A stretch of DNA of 51,076 nucleotides from Candidatus Yanofskybacteria bacterium. GTDB lineage: Bacteria; Patescibacteriota; Minisyncoccia; 2-02-FULL-40-12; GWA2-44-9. The notes under the pieces were generated by a model. The model was given only the letters and a program-made list of their open reading frames with translations. It did not search any database and was not told where the DNA came from. Positions 1 to 9,775 of this stretch are shown piece after piece. The stretch lies in assembly GCA_003514055.1 (NCBI GenBank), contig DOSG01000008.1, positions 208,087-259,162 of the forward strand. The letters run 5' to 3'. The translations under genes and the position numbers were made by a program. Position 1 is the stretch's first letter, and each line of letters begins with the position of its first letter.

Positions 1-269
1 GGATAAATATTATTATCAAACTCAGTAGACAATGAATTTAGTTTATCGATGATATTGGCAGAATATCTATTGTCTATATAGAAATAGGCTTTCTCGCCAA
101 TTTTTTTCAAAGTCGCTGTTACCTGGGAATTGCCATACTTATCGAATTGCTTATCAACATTGAAAATCTTAATCTCGCCCATTACATCGGCTCTAACAGG
201 ACCCGCAATCGCAAAGAATGGCATCGCTACTGCCAAGACTAAAAGGCCGTATTTAAGCGATTTCTTCAT
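1..269 (-). CDS. Secreted protein, N-terminal part only (runs off window start); resembles the N-terminus of M30/M6-like metallopeptidases
   Basis: Not in the ORF track. ATG at 269 opens MKKSLKYGLLVLAVAMPFFAIAGPVRADVMGEIKIFNVDKQFDKYGNSQVTATLKKIGEKAYFYIDNRYSANIIDKLNSLSTEFDNNIY, open to the window edge. Signal-peptide-like N-terminus. Family guessed from the ATL..G..YFY.D...L..EFD..IY pattern; no HExxH is visible in the window. Confidence 0.6.
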   Translation of the reverse strand, partial: MKKSLKYGLLVLAVAMPFFAIAGPVRADVMGEIKIFNVDKQFDKYGNSQVTATLKKIGEKAYFYIDNRYSANIIDKLNSLSTEFDNNIY

Positions 270-326
270 ATCTTAAGTATACTAGAAAATACGTGGTCGC
301 CCAACCCCAATATGGGCGAGATTAGA

Positions 327-355
327 TTGACTATCAGTCAATAATTTGATATAAT
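327..355 (+). promoter_or_regulatory. Sigma70-type promoter of the priming glycosyltransferase
   Basis: TTGACT (327-332), 17 nt spacer, TATAAT (350-355); ATG at 368. Confidence 0.75.
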
Positions 356-367
356 TGAGGCATAGTC

Positions 368-1726
368 ATGAAAAGATTCTCTCTGCTGATCAGCGACATC
401 ATCATATTATATGCCTCCTTGGCTATAATGATTTTATTTCGCTACGGATCAAGATTCAGCGAACAATTCAACATTCATTTAATCCCCTTCTTGGTAATCT
501 TCGGCCTCTGGATTATCACTTTTTACATACTGAATTTATACGAGATCCAAACTCTTAAAAACGGCTATTCGTTTTATGTTGATTTCATAAAAGCCATTAC
601 CATATCTTTTTCAATCTCAGTTGCTTTCTTCTATCTATTCCCACTATACGGGATTACGCCTAAAACAAACCTGATTGTCTTTTCTCTTATATTCTTACTA
701 CTAGGATTCTTAAATCGATTCGGACTAAATGCTCTCCTAGAAAATGCCTTTAAGAAAAGGCTGGTGATAGTCGGCATCAATCATCAATCGCTAGAGCTAG
801 CTAGGCACATCAAGGACAATCCACAACTGGGATATCGCTTAGCCCACGTCGTTGACCTTACCTCCGTAACCGAAAAAATTGAAGAAGAATTTAAGGAATT
901 CAGTGTCGTCAGAGGCATAACCAAGCTTCAGGAAATCATTAACTCCGAAAAAATTGACGTTATCATTATCAGTCCCGACGCCTACCAGGTGCCGAAGATC
1001 ATCGAACTATTTTATGGCGCTCTAGAGAAAAAGGTTAATTTCTACGACTTATCGCTTTTTTATGAACAAGTAACTGGCATGGTGCCACTTGGAACCATAA
1101 ATCAAACATGGTTTATAGGAAATTTAACTGAAGGCAGTAAGAATAGCTACGAGACGATTAAGAGAGGCACAGACATCGTCATTTCCATAGTCGTGGGGGC
1201 AGTTTTCTTGGTCATATATCCATTTGCAGTCCTAGCTATTAAGCTAAGTTCAAGTGGGCCGATATTTTATCATCAGAAAAGAGTCGGATTACATGGTAAG
1301 GTTTTTAAAATGATTAAATTCAGGACCATGCCAATAGACGCCGAGAAAGATGGCGCCATCTGGGCGAGTGAGAATGATACCCGAGCTAACAATGTTGGCA
1401 GATTCATGCGTAGGACCAGGATAGATGAACTGCCTCAGGTATGGAATATTCTCAAGGATGAAATGTCATTTGTCGGACCAAGAGCCGAGAGACCAGAATT
1501 TCACAAGCAGCTACAGGACGGCGTTCCCTTTTACGAAGAAAGGTATTTAATAAAACCTGGGCTAACCGGGTGGGCTCAGATCAATTATCGCTACGGAGCC
1601 TCCATAAACGATGCCGCCGAGAAGCTTAAATATGACCTCTACTACATAAAAAACAGATCCTTGCCCCTAGACATAGGTATACTCCTAAAAACCATCCGCA
1701 TAGCCCTCCAGCAAGCCGGCAGATAG
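368..1726 (+). CDS. Priming polyprenyl-phosphate glycosylphosphotransferase (WcaJ/WbaP-like bacterial sugar transferase)
   Basis: 452 aa; N-terminal TM helices, central Rossmann-like VIVG domain, C-terminal KRGTDI, FKMIKFRTM, RIDELPQVWNILKDEMSFVGPRAERP, KPGLTGWAQI and KLKYDLYY motifs. Confidence 0.93.
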   Translation: MKRFSLLISDIIILYASLAIMILFRYGSRFSEQFNIHLIPFLVIFGLWIITFYILNLYEIQTLKNGYSFYVDFIKAITISFSISVAFFYLFPLYGITPKTNLIVFSLIFLLLGFLNRFGLNALLENAFKKRLVIVGINHQSLELARHIKDNPQLGYRLAHVVDLTSVTEKIEEEFKEFSVVRGITKLQEIINSEKIDVIIISPDAYQVPKIIELFYGALEKKVNFYDLSLFYEQVTGMVPLGTINQTWFIGNLTEGSKNSYETIKRGTDIVISIVVGAVFLVIYPFAVLAIKLSSSGPIFYHQKRVGLHGKVFKMIKFRTMPIDAEKDGAIWASENDTRANNVGRFMRRTRIDELPQVWNILKDEMSFVGPRAERPEFHKQLQDGVPFYEERYLIKPGLTGWAQINYRYGASINDAAEKLKYDLYYIKNRSLPLDIGILLKTIRIALQQAGR

Positions 1727-1757
1727 GGAAATTAAAAAAATAATGTGCTCGGAATTT

Positions 1758-1795
1758 GAAAGAGCCCGACTCGCCTAGGCGAGTCGGGCTCTTTC
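1758..1795. terminator. Perfect 38-bp palindrome between convergent genes; probable bidirectional terminator
   Basis: GAAAGAGCCCGACTCGCCT|AGGCGAGTCGGGCTCTTTC is its own reverse complement; lies between stops at 1726 (+) and 1837 (-). Confidence 0.8.
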
Positions 1796-1836
1796 TCAAT
1801 GCTCAGAATTCAAAATTAAAAGTTGCTTCTGATGAC

Positions 1837-4113
1837 CTACCATTGCCTGCCCATCCCCCTGACAAAGCTTTGCGCCGCGGATAAAAGCTCAGGATTGTAT
1901 TGAGCGGCTAAGTGAGCTTGGGCGACAGCTTCATCGATATTACCCATCTTCTGATATACGGCTGCCAGAGTTGCATGATAATTAGCCTCAGATATTAAAT
2001 CTCTCTTCTCTTTTATTTCATTTATTTTGATTATCCCCTCATAGGCATACGCTAAGCTGGCATAGTTAGACTCTCTCAAATATATTTGGCTTAATTTCGC
2101 ATAATCAAGCTCCCCCGGAGAGAATCCTCTGGTAATCCCTTCCCAGACCAATCTAGCCCCCTCATCCGTGAACCCCATGTCATATTTAACCATTCCCAGG
2201 TACCAATATGATATGCCCACCTCTGGATTCAACTTAACCGCTTCTTCGAAATATCTCACAGCATTAACGTTGTCTTTTTTATTCAAGTATCCCTGGGCAA
2301 CCTCATAATACGTTCTAACAAATTTAGGCGCCAACTCCAGCGCCTCTAGCGAATATTTAAGAGCCTCGTCATTGTGTGGCGAGCTCGGATCACCTCGACC
2401 AAGCATTACGTGAAGCCTAGACAAGTAAAGTTTAGGCAAATAATCGACGGGGAAATTATCGGCATTCTTTTCTTCTTCACTAACTGCCAGCTTAAGGGCA
2501 TCGCCGACTAATGGATCATTGGGGTTGGCTACCATGAATTCTAGGACATACTGAGCGAATTTATTCCTTATCTCATATTCAATTGGGACATTATATGACA
2601 TTGCCTTTTTATATTGCTCAACAGTATTCTTGAAATTAGTATCCGAAGCTATAATCATAGCCCTAGTAGTGGCATAATTAGCCGAGACCGAAGGAATATT
2701 GGTCTTGAATATAACGAACAGCATCACGATAAACAAAACAGTTCCGATGGGACCAACTAGCCATTTCTTGACGAGTGGCCTTCCTGAGCCATCGCCTTTG
2801 ATTGCTTGCCGACTACCAGACTCGTCAACGTCAGACATAAAGTAAACGAATCCCAGCAAGAAGAAAAAGGTAATAAAGTTAGCCGAAGTATCAAATATGA
2901 AAGCATTATGGATTATATAGGCCACAATTAAGGCAACTAAGCCAATGGCGATATGGAGATATTCATCTCTCCTCTTAATAACATCCCGAAGAGATTTAAG
3001 AGTTGCAAAAAACATGAATAGGTAAGCTGCAAATCCTATCAGACCCATAGTGACCAGGACCTCTACGAACATATTGTGAGCGCGATCAAATAAGGTTTCT
3101 GCGCCGGGGCCAGTATAGAATTTGGGGTTAAAATATTTCGAGAATGGGATATTGAAATTCTCCGGTCCCCAACCCACGAGCATAGTCTTCGGACTTTCTT
3201 TCCAGCCTTCAAATCCGGCTGTCCAAGCCCAGATTCTAGTCTGAACAGTAAAGTTAGTCGGCGAGAAGTTGGTTATTCTCTCAAAATAACCAGAATTAAT
3301 TGCACCAGTACCCCTAAGAACTCCGGCTAAGATAATAAATACTACGAATAGGGTAACCAGGCCTACAAGGGCTCGCTTAGCAAGCCTAGACCTAGTAATC
3401 CAAAGATAGAGAGAGGTGTAAACCAACACGCCACCGCCAAGGGCAAGGATTGAACCTCTAACCGCTGTCATCATAACTGCAATAGCACAGATTACCGCCG
3501 CTAAACCATAGATCCATCTTTCCTTATCCGAGATAGCTTTTCTAAAAAATAGGGCCAAGGACATGAAGACTATAAATAATTGATAGCCAGCGAATAGCGC
3601 CGCATTGCCGATAGTCCCGAATATTCTGGTTCTGCCTTGCCCGCCCACAAAAAAGCTTGAATTGGTCTTTTGACCAAAGCCATACAGAGCCGACAGCACA
3701 CCAACAATAGCCATGAACTTAAATAAAGATAACCACTCTTCTTTTCTTTTAAATGTAGATATTAAAATTATAAAGAATACGAAATAGTGCCAAAAAGTCC
3801 ATAAGCCACCCATTCTTTCTAGCGCCCCCCAGAAACTTTGAGCCACTTGAGAGCTGGTAATCGTGGCCAATGTAAAAGCCAATGTAAAAGCCAAAAAACT
3901 CCAAACCAATTTATTGAACTTCGGCAGATATGCCCTATCCAGCAGAACCAGCATCACATAAAAAACGAACATCAGCTCGACTATGCTTCTAAAAACAATT
4001 ACCTTGCCAAAGTGAAATGGTGACAAGAATTGCGAAAAAATGATCAATGGCACCAAGGCCACAGCGTATACCCCGACTTTTAGTATTTTAAGTAAGATAG
4101 ATTCTTTTAGCAT
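1837..4113 (-). CDS. O-antigen ligase (Wzy_C)/O-oligosaccharyltransferase family membrane protein with C-terminal TPR repeats
   Basis: 758 aa, many TM helices; RIFGTIGNAALFAGY, TAVRGS, R..AW..G, GWGPENF and DRAHNMFVEVLVTMGLIG (conserved HN); TPR-like C-terminus (AVRYFEEAVKLNP). Confidence 0.88.
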   Translation of the reverse strand: MLKESILLKILKVGVYAVALVPLIIFSQFLSPFHFGKVIVFRSIVELMFVFYVMLVLLDRAYLPKFNKLVWSFLAFTLAFTLATITSSQVAQSFWGALERMGGLWTFWHYFVFFIILISTFKRKEEWLSLFKFMAIVGVLSALYGFGQKTNSSFFVGGQGRTRIFGTIGNAALFAGYQLFIVFMSLALFFRKAISDKERWIYGLAAVICAIAVMMTAVRGSILALGGGVLVYTSLYLWITRSRLAKRALVGLVTLFVVFIILAGVLRGTGAINSGYFERITNFSPTNFTVQTRIWAWTAGFEGWKESPKTMLVGWGPENFNIPFSKYFNPKFYTGPGAETLFDRAHNMFVEVLVTMGLIGFAAYLFMFFATLKSLRDVIKRRDEYLHIAIGLVALIVAYIIHNAFIFDTSANFITFFFLLGFVYFMSDVDESGSRQAIKGDGSGRPLVKKWLVGPIGTVLFIVMLFVIFKTNIPSVSANYATTRAMIIASDTNFKNTVEQYKKAMSYNVPIEYEIRNKFAQYVLEFMVANPNDPLVGDALKLAVSEEEKNADNFPVDYLPKLYLSRLHVMLGRGDPSSPHNDEALKYSLEALELAPKFVRTYYEVAQGYLNKKDNVNAVRYFEEAVKLNPEVGISYWYLGMVKYDMGFTDEGARLVWEGITRGFSPGELDYAKLSQIYLRESNYASLAYAYEGIIKINEIKEKRDLISEANYHATLAAVYQKMGNIDEAVAQAHLAAQYNPELLSAAQSFVRGMGRQW

Positions 4114-4116
4114 GCT

Positions 4117-5460
4117 CTAAATTTTGCCTGATTTTAACTTTTTATACAAATATATAAATGAGGCTACGTGAGACACAGCGAACCAAGTAGTAACCATCCA
4201 AACTCCGCCCCAAATTCCATAATGCTTCAAAGAATATAATCCTGCGGGTATTCCGATCGCTAGCACGATGGTATTTATTAAAATCGACACCTTGACCTTA
4301 TTAATCGCTCGCCACATTGGGCCCAGCCCAACGCCAAGGCCATTGAATATTCCATATATAATAAAACCATAAGCATACTGGACGCTAGGCATAAAGCTCT
4401 CGCCATATAGAATCTTGAAAGCTATCGGAGAGATAACAGCCGCACAGATCACCAGGAATGCAGAGAAGATAACTGAGTAAAAGGTGACTCTCAAAAAACT
4501 TGACCTCATCTTCTCGAGGCTCTCTTCTCGAAGTCTTGGGAATTCTATATTCAACATTGTTGAGATTGGGCCCAGAAGACTCAACGCTAAGTTAGCGAAA
4601 CCGAAAGGTATCTTGTAGAATGCAACGTCGCTAGAAACAAAATATATACCAGCTAATGAAATCGGCAAGAAAGAAAACAGGGTTGCCATATTTCTATCAA
4701 GTGCCACCCAGAAACTATACCTGATAAACTTTCTCCAACTAACAGAGATGGCCTTACGAAAAATCTGACCCAGCGAAGGGATAAAACTATCGACAGATAA
4801 AAGTCGGTTCCATGAAAGTCCAATTATGATAAAAACGATTAAAGACCCAATGAGATGCCCGATGGCCGCTCCCAATATCTTGTACCCAGAGAATACTAAC
4901 AAAAGGGATAGCCCCCAACGTACAAATAGATCAATAAAGATAAAGATAGTTGCCGTAGCTATTTTCCTCTCTGCCTGAAACGCCACCTGAGATACAGAGA
5001 AAAGGAGATTAGAGATAATCGAAGCCAAGACAACTATTGCGGCGAATAAACCGATATCGTATCTATGGTACAAGAGATTAGAAATGATCGGCAGGAGAAC
5101 CAACCCAATCGCCACCACGATCCCGATGATCGAGGCGATCTTAAGCAAGAAGCCCAGCGCTTCAGCGATAGTATCTCGATCTCTTCGAGCATAGGCTCCG
5201 GCCACGATACTTGTAATCCCATCTCCCACGCCCGTGGCCATGAAAATACCGGCCAGCGAGGCCAAGCTAAACGCCAAAGCGTAGACGCCAAAAAGTTCTG
5301 GCTGTAGCAGCCGAGCGATAAATATCCCGGCTACCGCCTGAAGCAAGGTACCCAAAACACTCCCCACCTGGAGAGTAATTACATTCTTGAAGAATCTACT
5401 CCCAATATAACGCAGTAATCCCTCCATAGTCATTCGAGAATTATAGACTCCGCTTGGCAT
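4117..5460 (-). CDS. Wzx-like oligosaccharide flippase
   Basis: About 12 TM helices, ARLLQPELFGVYAL and FKILYGESF motifs. True start is probably the ATG at 5433 (MTMEG). Confidence 0.85.
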   Translation of the reverse strand: MPSGVYNSRMTMEGLLRYIGSRFFKNVITLQVGSVLGTLLQAVAGIFIARLLQPELFGVYALAFSLASLAGIFMATGVGDGITSIVAGAYARRDRDTIAEALGFLLKIASIIGIVVAIGLVLLPIISNLLYHRYDIGLFAAIVVLASIISNLLFSVSQVAFQAERKIATATIFIFIDLFVRWGLSLLLVFSGYKILGAAIGHLIGSLIVFIIIGLSWNRLLSVDSFIPSLGQIFRKAISVSWRKFIRYSFWVALDRNMATLFSFLPISLAGIYFVSSDVAFYKIPFGFANLALSLLGPISTMLNIEFPRLREESLEKMRSSFLRVTFYSVIFSAFLVICAAVISPIAFKILYGESFMPSVQYAYGFIIYGIFNGLGVGLGPMWRAINKVKVSILINTIVLAIGIPAGLYSLKHYGIWGGVWMVTTWFAVSHVASFIYLYKKLKSGKI

Positions 5461-6613
5461 ATCCCTGAAGTATCTCGCGAGTAACCGAAGCTATATTCTG
5501 GGCCTGCCGTTGACTCATCTGCGGTAGAAGAGGAAGGGTTAAAATATTGCTACCAACCCTTTCGGCACATAGAAAGTTCCCGAGCTCATAGCCAAATTTT
5601 TCTCTATACAACTTATGCAAATGGATTGGTTTATAATGAACAACGGCAAATATCCCATTATCACGTAGCGCCCGCACTATTTCATCTCTGCCAACTTTAA
5701 ATCTTTCAGGATCTAGAACCAAGGTGTATAGATGCAAAGAGTGCCGATACCCATCCTGAAACTTGCTTTGCAAACTAACTCCCTCAATTTTAGAAAACAC
5801 GGCATCATACAGACGCGCATATCTCTCACGAATAGATAGACTCTTCTCAAGCCTCCTCAGCTGGACCCTTCCCATAGCAGAAACTATATCATTAATATTG
5901 TATTTATAACCTAACTCCACCACTTCATTAATTAAAATATCTCTTTTCCTAAAACGATCCCAAGCATCATTACTCAGCCCATGTAACCGTAGTATCTTTG
6001 CGCGTTTGATCTTCGAACTATCGTTTGATGCCAAGAATCCTCCGTCGGCAGTTGTAAGATTTTTGTTAGCATAGAAGCTAAAACATGTGATATTGGACGA
6101 ATCTCCAACCATTCTATTCCCGATTCTAGCTCCAATAGCATGAGCGGCGTCTTCGACAACAAATATATTATGCTTACGTGCGATTCTATTAATAGCCCGC
6201 ATATTACACGGCAAACCGCCGAAATGAACAACGATAATGCCCTTGGTTTTGGGAGTAATAGCTTTCTCGATTTTATCTTCATCTATATTAAGAGTATCGG
6301 CCTTAATATCCACAAAAACTGGTTTCGCTCCCATATACAGGACAACATTGGCAGTAGCTGCGAATGTTAATGGCGTAGTGATAATTTCGTCACTAGGCAT
6401 AACCCCATTGAGAATCAACGCCAAATGTAGAGCAGCTGTACACGAATTTAATAGAGCCCCATCTTTTACGCCAAGATAATCGACTAACTCTCTCTCGAAT
6501 TTTATGCTTTCATTACCAAAGCCGATCCAATTAGAGCGAAGCACGGCCTCAATAGCGCGACGCTCATCGCTTCCCATATCTGGTTCTCCAAAAAATATCA
6601 TCTTCTTAGGCAT
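5441..6613 (-). CDS. DegT/DnrJ/EryC1/StrS PLP-dependent sugar aminotransferase
   Basis: NSCTAALHLAL, VEDAAHAIG, FSFYANKNLTTADGG (PLP lysine), GYKYN motifs. Confidence 0.95.
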   Translation of the reverse strand: MPKKMIFFGEPDMGSDERRAIEAVLRSNWIGFGNESIKFERELVDYLGVKDGALLNSCTAALHLALILNGVMPSDEIITTPLTFAATANVVLYMGAKPVFVDIKADTLNIDEDKIEKAITPKTKGIIVVHFGGLPCNMRAINRIARKHNIFVVEDAAHAIGARIGNRMVGDSSNITCFSFYANKNLTTADGGFLASNDSSKIKRAKILRLHGLSNDAWDRFRKRDILINEVVELGYKYNINDIVSAMGRVQLRRLEKSLSIRERYARLYDAVFSKIEGVSLQSKFQDGYRHSLHLYTLVLDPERFKVGRDEIVRALRDNGIFAVVHYKPIHLHKLYREKFGYELGNFLCAERVGSNILTLPLLPQMSQRQAQNIASVTREILQGYAKRSL

Positions 6614-7865
6614 GCTTATCTATGATTAGTTCTTTATATAAAGATACTAAACGTTTATTGATTTTGTGTAAATCGAACTTCTCAACCACGAAAATTCGGG
6701 CATTAAGGCTGAATTCTTTTAATAACCCTGGATTCTCAATAAAAGCTTTAACCTTTTCGGCCACAGCACGAAAGTCGCCCTCCTTGACGATAAATCCCGT
6801 CTTCCCATTATCTATTCCATCGGGAATACCTACGTGATCCGTGCTAACCACTGGCAATCCGCTTGCTTGCCCTTCCAATAATACAAACGGTAAATCGTCC
6901 GTATCTCCGTTAGGGGCCTTCTTACTCGGCTGAACCATTAAGTGCATGCCATAAAAAAGCTCCAAGGTATTCTGATGCGTAAGCATGCCCTCGAATTTTA
7001 TAAAATTCGCTACACCCAGCCGCTTAGCAAGTTCTTTAATATTCTTCTTGTAAATAGCATCTCCGTCGCCGACTACGTGTAATTCTACATTCGGATATTC
7101 TTCTACAATAACCCGCGTGGCCCTCAATAAATCTTCGATCCCCTTTTTCTCAACGAATCTACCAACAAATATAATTTTGAACTTCTCGCCAAAACGATAA
7201 CTTTTCTCGTTAAAATTATAGTTTTGAGGAATAATACCAGTATAGTGAACTACCAGCTTCTCCGGCGGAAAACCTAAGCCGACGAAGCGATCTCTCATCT
7301 CTTCGGTCATTACGAGAATCATCGATGCTTCCTTTTTTAATTTATCGTAGACATGAAGACCCTTGGACTGGATATATTTACTAGAATCTTGCCCGTAAAA
7401 AGTAACTATAAAATTCTGACGTATATTGAGAATATCTCTGAGAATAAGATATCTGTTGGCGATCATCCCGAAATGACAATGCACTACATCGTACCTATCA
7501 ATCTTGCCTAGCAATGGCGCCGCCCAGAGTAAATATTTAAAGGTAAGGACCGATTTGCCGTATTCCTTATAATTCAGCGACCGAAAAAGGGTAATGGGCG
7601 AATAATAAATACACCTTGCAAACGCAAGAGTAGCCAAAGCAATTCTATGAAATTTGTTTTCAGGAAATTCCAGGTATATAGTCCGACCCATAAGCCCATA
7701 TTTTTTTACCTTATCTGAGATGGCCGATGCTTTCCCCTTATTGAAAGCGAAGATATCAATTTCTACTCCCATATCGATAAGGTCCGTAATTTGTTCAACA
7801 AGCCATGACTCAGATATAACTGGAAAAGTACCAATAAAAAAAGCTATTTTTAATTTTTTATTCAT
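6606..7865 (-). CDS. wcaL: GT4 glycosyltransferase, WcaL-like
   Basis: FPVISESWLVEQITDLID, HCHFG, VTFYGQD, FVGRFVEKKG and P.VLLEGQASGLPVVSTDHVGIP match the WcaL-type GT4 pattern; orthology not proven. Confidence 0.8.
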   Translation of the reverse strand: MNKKLKIAFFIGTFPVISESWLVEQITDLIDMGVEIDIFAFNKGKASAISDKVKKYGLMGRTIYLEFPENKFHRIALATLAFARCIYYSPITLFRSLNYKEYGKSVLTFKYLLWAAPLLGKIDRYDVVHCHFGMIANRYLILRDILNIRQNFIVTFYGQDSSKYIQSKGLHVYDKLKKEASMILVMTEEMRDRFVGLGFPPEKLVVHYTGIIPQNYNFNEKSYRFGEKFKIIFVGRFVEKKGIEDLLRATRVIVEEYPNVELHVVGDGDAIYKKNIKELAKRLGVANFIKFEGMLTHQNTLELFYGMHLMVQPSKKAPNGDTDDLPFVLLEGQASGLPVVSTDHVGIPDGIDNGKTGFIVKEGDFRAVAEKVKAFIENPGLLKEFSLNARIFVVEKFDLHKINKRLVSLYKELIIDKHA

Positions 7866-7886
7866 CGCTCAGTTAATGCAAAAACA

Positions 7887-8651
7887 TTAGGAGATAGTTT
7901 TATTTTTATTCCTACAGATTGCAAGCATATATCTAGCATTATCACTTAAAAGTGGCCTGACTATCGGTCCATCAGCCAATACAAAAGCTGAATGCACCCT
8001 AGATGCTATATACGAACTCATGAATGAGCCTAAATGGAGAAAAAGTCTCACTAGTCGATTAGCATAATACTTTTTTACGAATCGCTGGCCATACCAGCCC
8101 TCTATAACAAAAAAGGGATCCAATAATTTTTCTGCCTTTTCTTTTGTAAAATCGACACGATAGAATTTAGTCAAAAAATGTTTGTGAAAGGGGTTACGAT
8201 AGATTATTTTCTCATTTGGAACAGAGAAGATGAGTAGCCCCGACGGCTTCAATATCCTAGAAACTTCTTTCGGAAATTCGGCGTAACCATCTAGGTGATG
8301 CCAGGCGGCCAGACAGACAACCATGTCAAAACTCTCGTCTGGGAAATTAGTGCTCGTGGCATCGGCTACCGAAAAAGAAACTCCAGGGTACGTCCGAGAT
8401 GCATGCTTAACAATATCGGGATTGTTATCTATGCTGAAAACTTTTCGTGCTCCTGCGTTTTTTAGCATGTTAGAACCATATCCTTCTCCGCAGGCAATAT
8501 CTAGAATAATTTTATCCGCAGCAAACCGTTTAACAAATATATAAGCCTGAACATGATCTTCGCTAACTCTTTTTGGACTTACGCCGGGATAGCATCTTTC
8601 ACTAAAATCAAAAGCGAATTCGTCTTTCTCGGCCATGGGCTGATTCTTCAT
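7887..8651 (-). CDS. Class I SAM-dependent methyltransferase
   Basis: ILDIACGEGYG motif I; FPDESFDMVV; RILKPSGLLIFSVPN. Confidence 0.92.
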   Translation of the reverse strand: MKNQPMAEKDEFAFDFSERCYPGVSPKRVSEDHVQAYIFVKRFAADKIILDIACGEGYGSNMLKNAGARKVFSIDNNPDIVKHASRTYPGVSFSVADATSTNFPDESFDMVVCLAAWHHLDGYAEFPKEVSRILKPSGLLIFSVPNEKIIYRNPFHKHFLTKFYRVDFTKEKAEKLLDPFFVIEGWYGQRFVKKYYANRLVRLFLHLGSFMSSYIASRVHSAFVLADGPIVRPLLSDNARYMLAICRNKNKTIS

Positions 8652-8659
8652 GTGCCAAT

Positions 8660-8688
8660 ATCATACTTAAATCATGGAGGATTGTCCA
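8660..8688 (-). promoter_or_regulatory. Internal sigma70-type promoter, near-leaderless
   Basis: Minus strand TGGACA (8688-8683), 17 nt, TATGAT (8665-8660), 8 nt, then ATG at 8651. Confidence 0.55.
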
Positions 8689-8719
8689 CATATCTAGATA
8701 GCGCGCATGCGTATCTTAT

Positions 8720-9352
8720 TTATTTTATAGCCACAACTTGGTTGACAATTGACATCTCAAAATTACGATCGTATCTTTCAAATAAAATCGCACAAATATT
8801 AAAGACGAGAACCAATGGTTTCCAAAATGGATTCCGAAGATTGATTACAGACAGCTGGATCAACGAGTAAATATATCCGTTGCTAGGTCGTATTGAAATA
8901 TCCGAGAATCCCGCTTCCTTGAGTAAACCTTCCAAGCCATATTGGGTATATCGATAAAAATCATTGGGCGCTTCATGAAGCGGCCAAACCATCGGCGTGG
9001 TCAGCACTAACATTCCACCTGGCTTTAATATTCGATAAACTTCATTAACCGCATTTTGAGGTTTTTTAATATGTTCGAGGACTTCGGTGCATACAACGCA
9101 ATCCGCGAATCCATCCTTAAGCATAATTTTTTGGTTTAAATCGGAAATAATAATTTCTGGCCTGCCAGTACGGTTTTCTATATCAAGATAGACGTATCTA
9201 TCGCAAACGATAAATTTGCGATATGGGGAACTGCCCGCGCCCACGTCGACAACGGTTCCAAAGACCTTACCATTCATCGAATCGGCAAGAAAATGGTTAA
9301 TGACCCGATGGGCCAAATATCGCGTCGAGGAAAGGTTCTTTAATCTAATCAT
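8720..9352 (-). CDS. Class I SAM-dependent methyltransferase (Methyltransf_11-like)
   Basis: VVDVGAGSSPY, DCVVCTEVLEH, ILKPGG, HEAPNDFYRYT motifs. Confidence 0.92.
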   Translation of the reverse strand: MIRLKNLSSTRYLAHRVINHFLADSMNGKVFGTVVDVGAGSSPYRKFIVCDRYVYLDIENRTGRPEIIISDLNQKIMLKDGFADCVVCTEVLEHIKKPQNAVNEVYRILKPGGMLVLTTPMVWPLHEAPNDFYRYTQYGLEGLLKEAGFSDISIRPSNGYIYSLIQLSVINLRNPFWKPLVLVFNICAILFERYDRNFEMSIVNQVVAIK

Positions 9353-9399
9353 GGGGGTCTTTCATTTTATTTAGAAATTCTCGAATGGTATAAGAGTCA

Positions 9400-9775
9400 C
9401 GATTAATGGTTGAGCCTCGACTCGCTTCAAAATAGCGCTCAATGCTATCAGTCATATATTGAACAATGAGCCTGAGGCACCCTAAATATCATCTTAACCA
9501 GTTTATCGGGAAATTTATTTATACTACAGCAGACAATCTCTATAAAATAAAGCTAATCCAAGGACAAATCCAATTACCGCAGCTCAGGTCATACCGGCAA
9601 CTCCATATAATCACATCCGTGGCGAGTTCGGCTAGTCGAGCCTGGGATATCCCTCAACGAACAACCTCTGACGGAAAATCTTATGAAGATTTCTACCGCT
9701 ACTGAAATAATCTTGCCACTCCCTTCGCCAAACCTCATTAACCTCATCCTGGTCTATATGTTTATCTTTATCCAT
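9400..9775 (-). pseudogene. Decayed methyltransferase paralogous to 12027..12812
   Basis: ATG at 9775 (overlapping the flippase end) gives MDKDKHIDQDEVNEVWRREWQDYFSSGRNLHKIFRQRLFVEGYPRLD* (stop 9632-9634). It aligns with QENINKIWKEKWE...LREIFSSRIFPEAFP of the 12812 protein. Downstream only broken fragments remain (e.g. FPDKLVKMIF); the left boundary is approximate. Confidence 0.7.

Noticed and set aside
701-804. Five CTAG sites in 104 bp and an impression of CTAG richness
   Set aside because: Cannot be quantified by eye; needs a tetranucleotide odds-ratio calculation.
3866-3894. 12-bp tandem duplication (FTLA FTLA)
   Set aside because: Short in-frame duplication in a TM helix; no functional implication.
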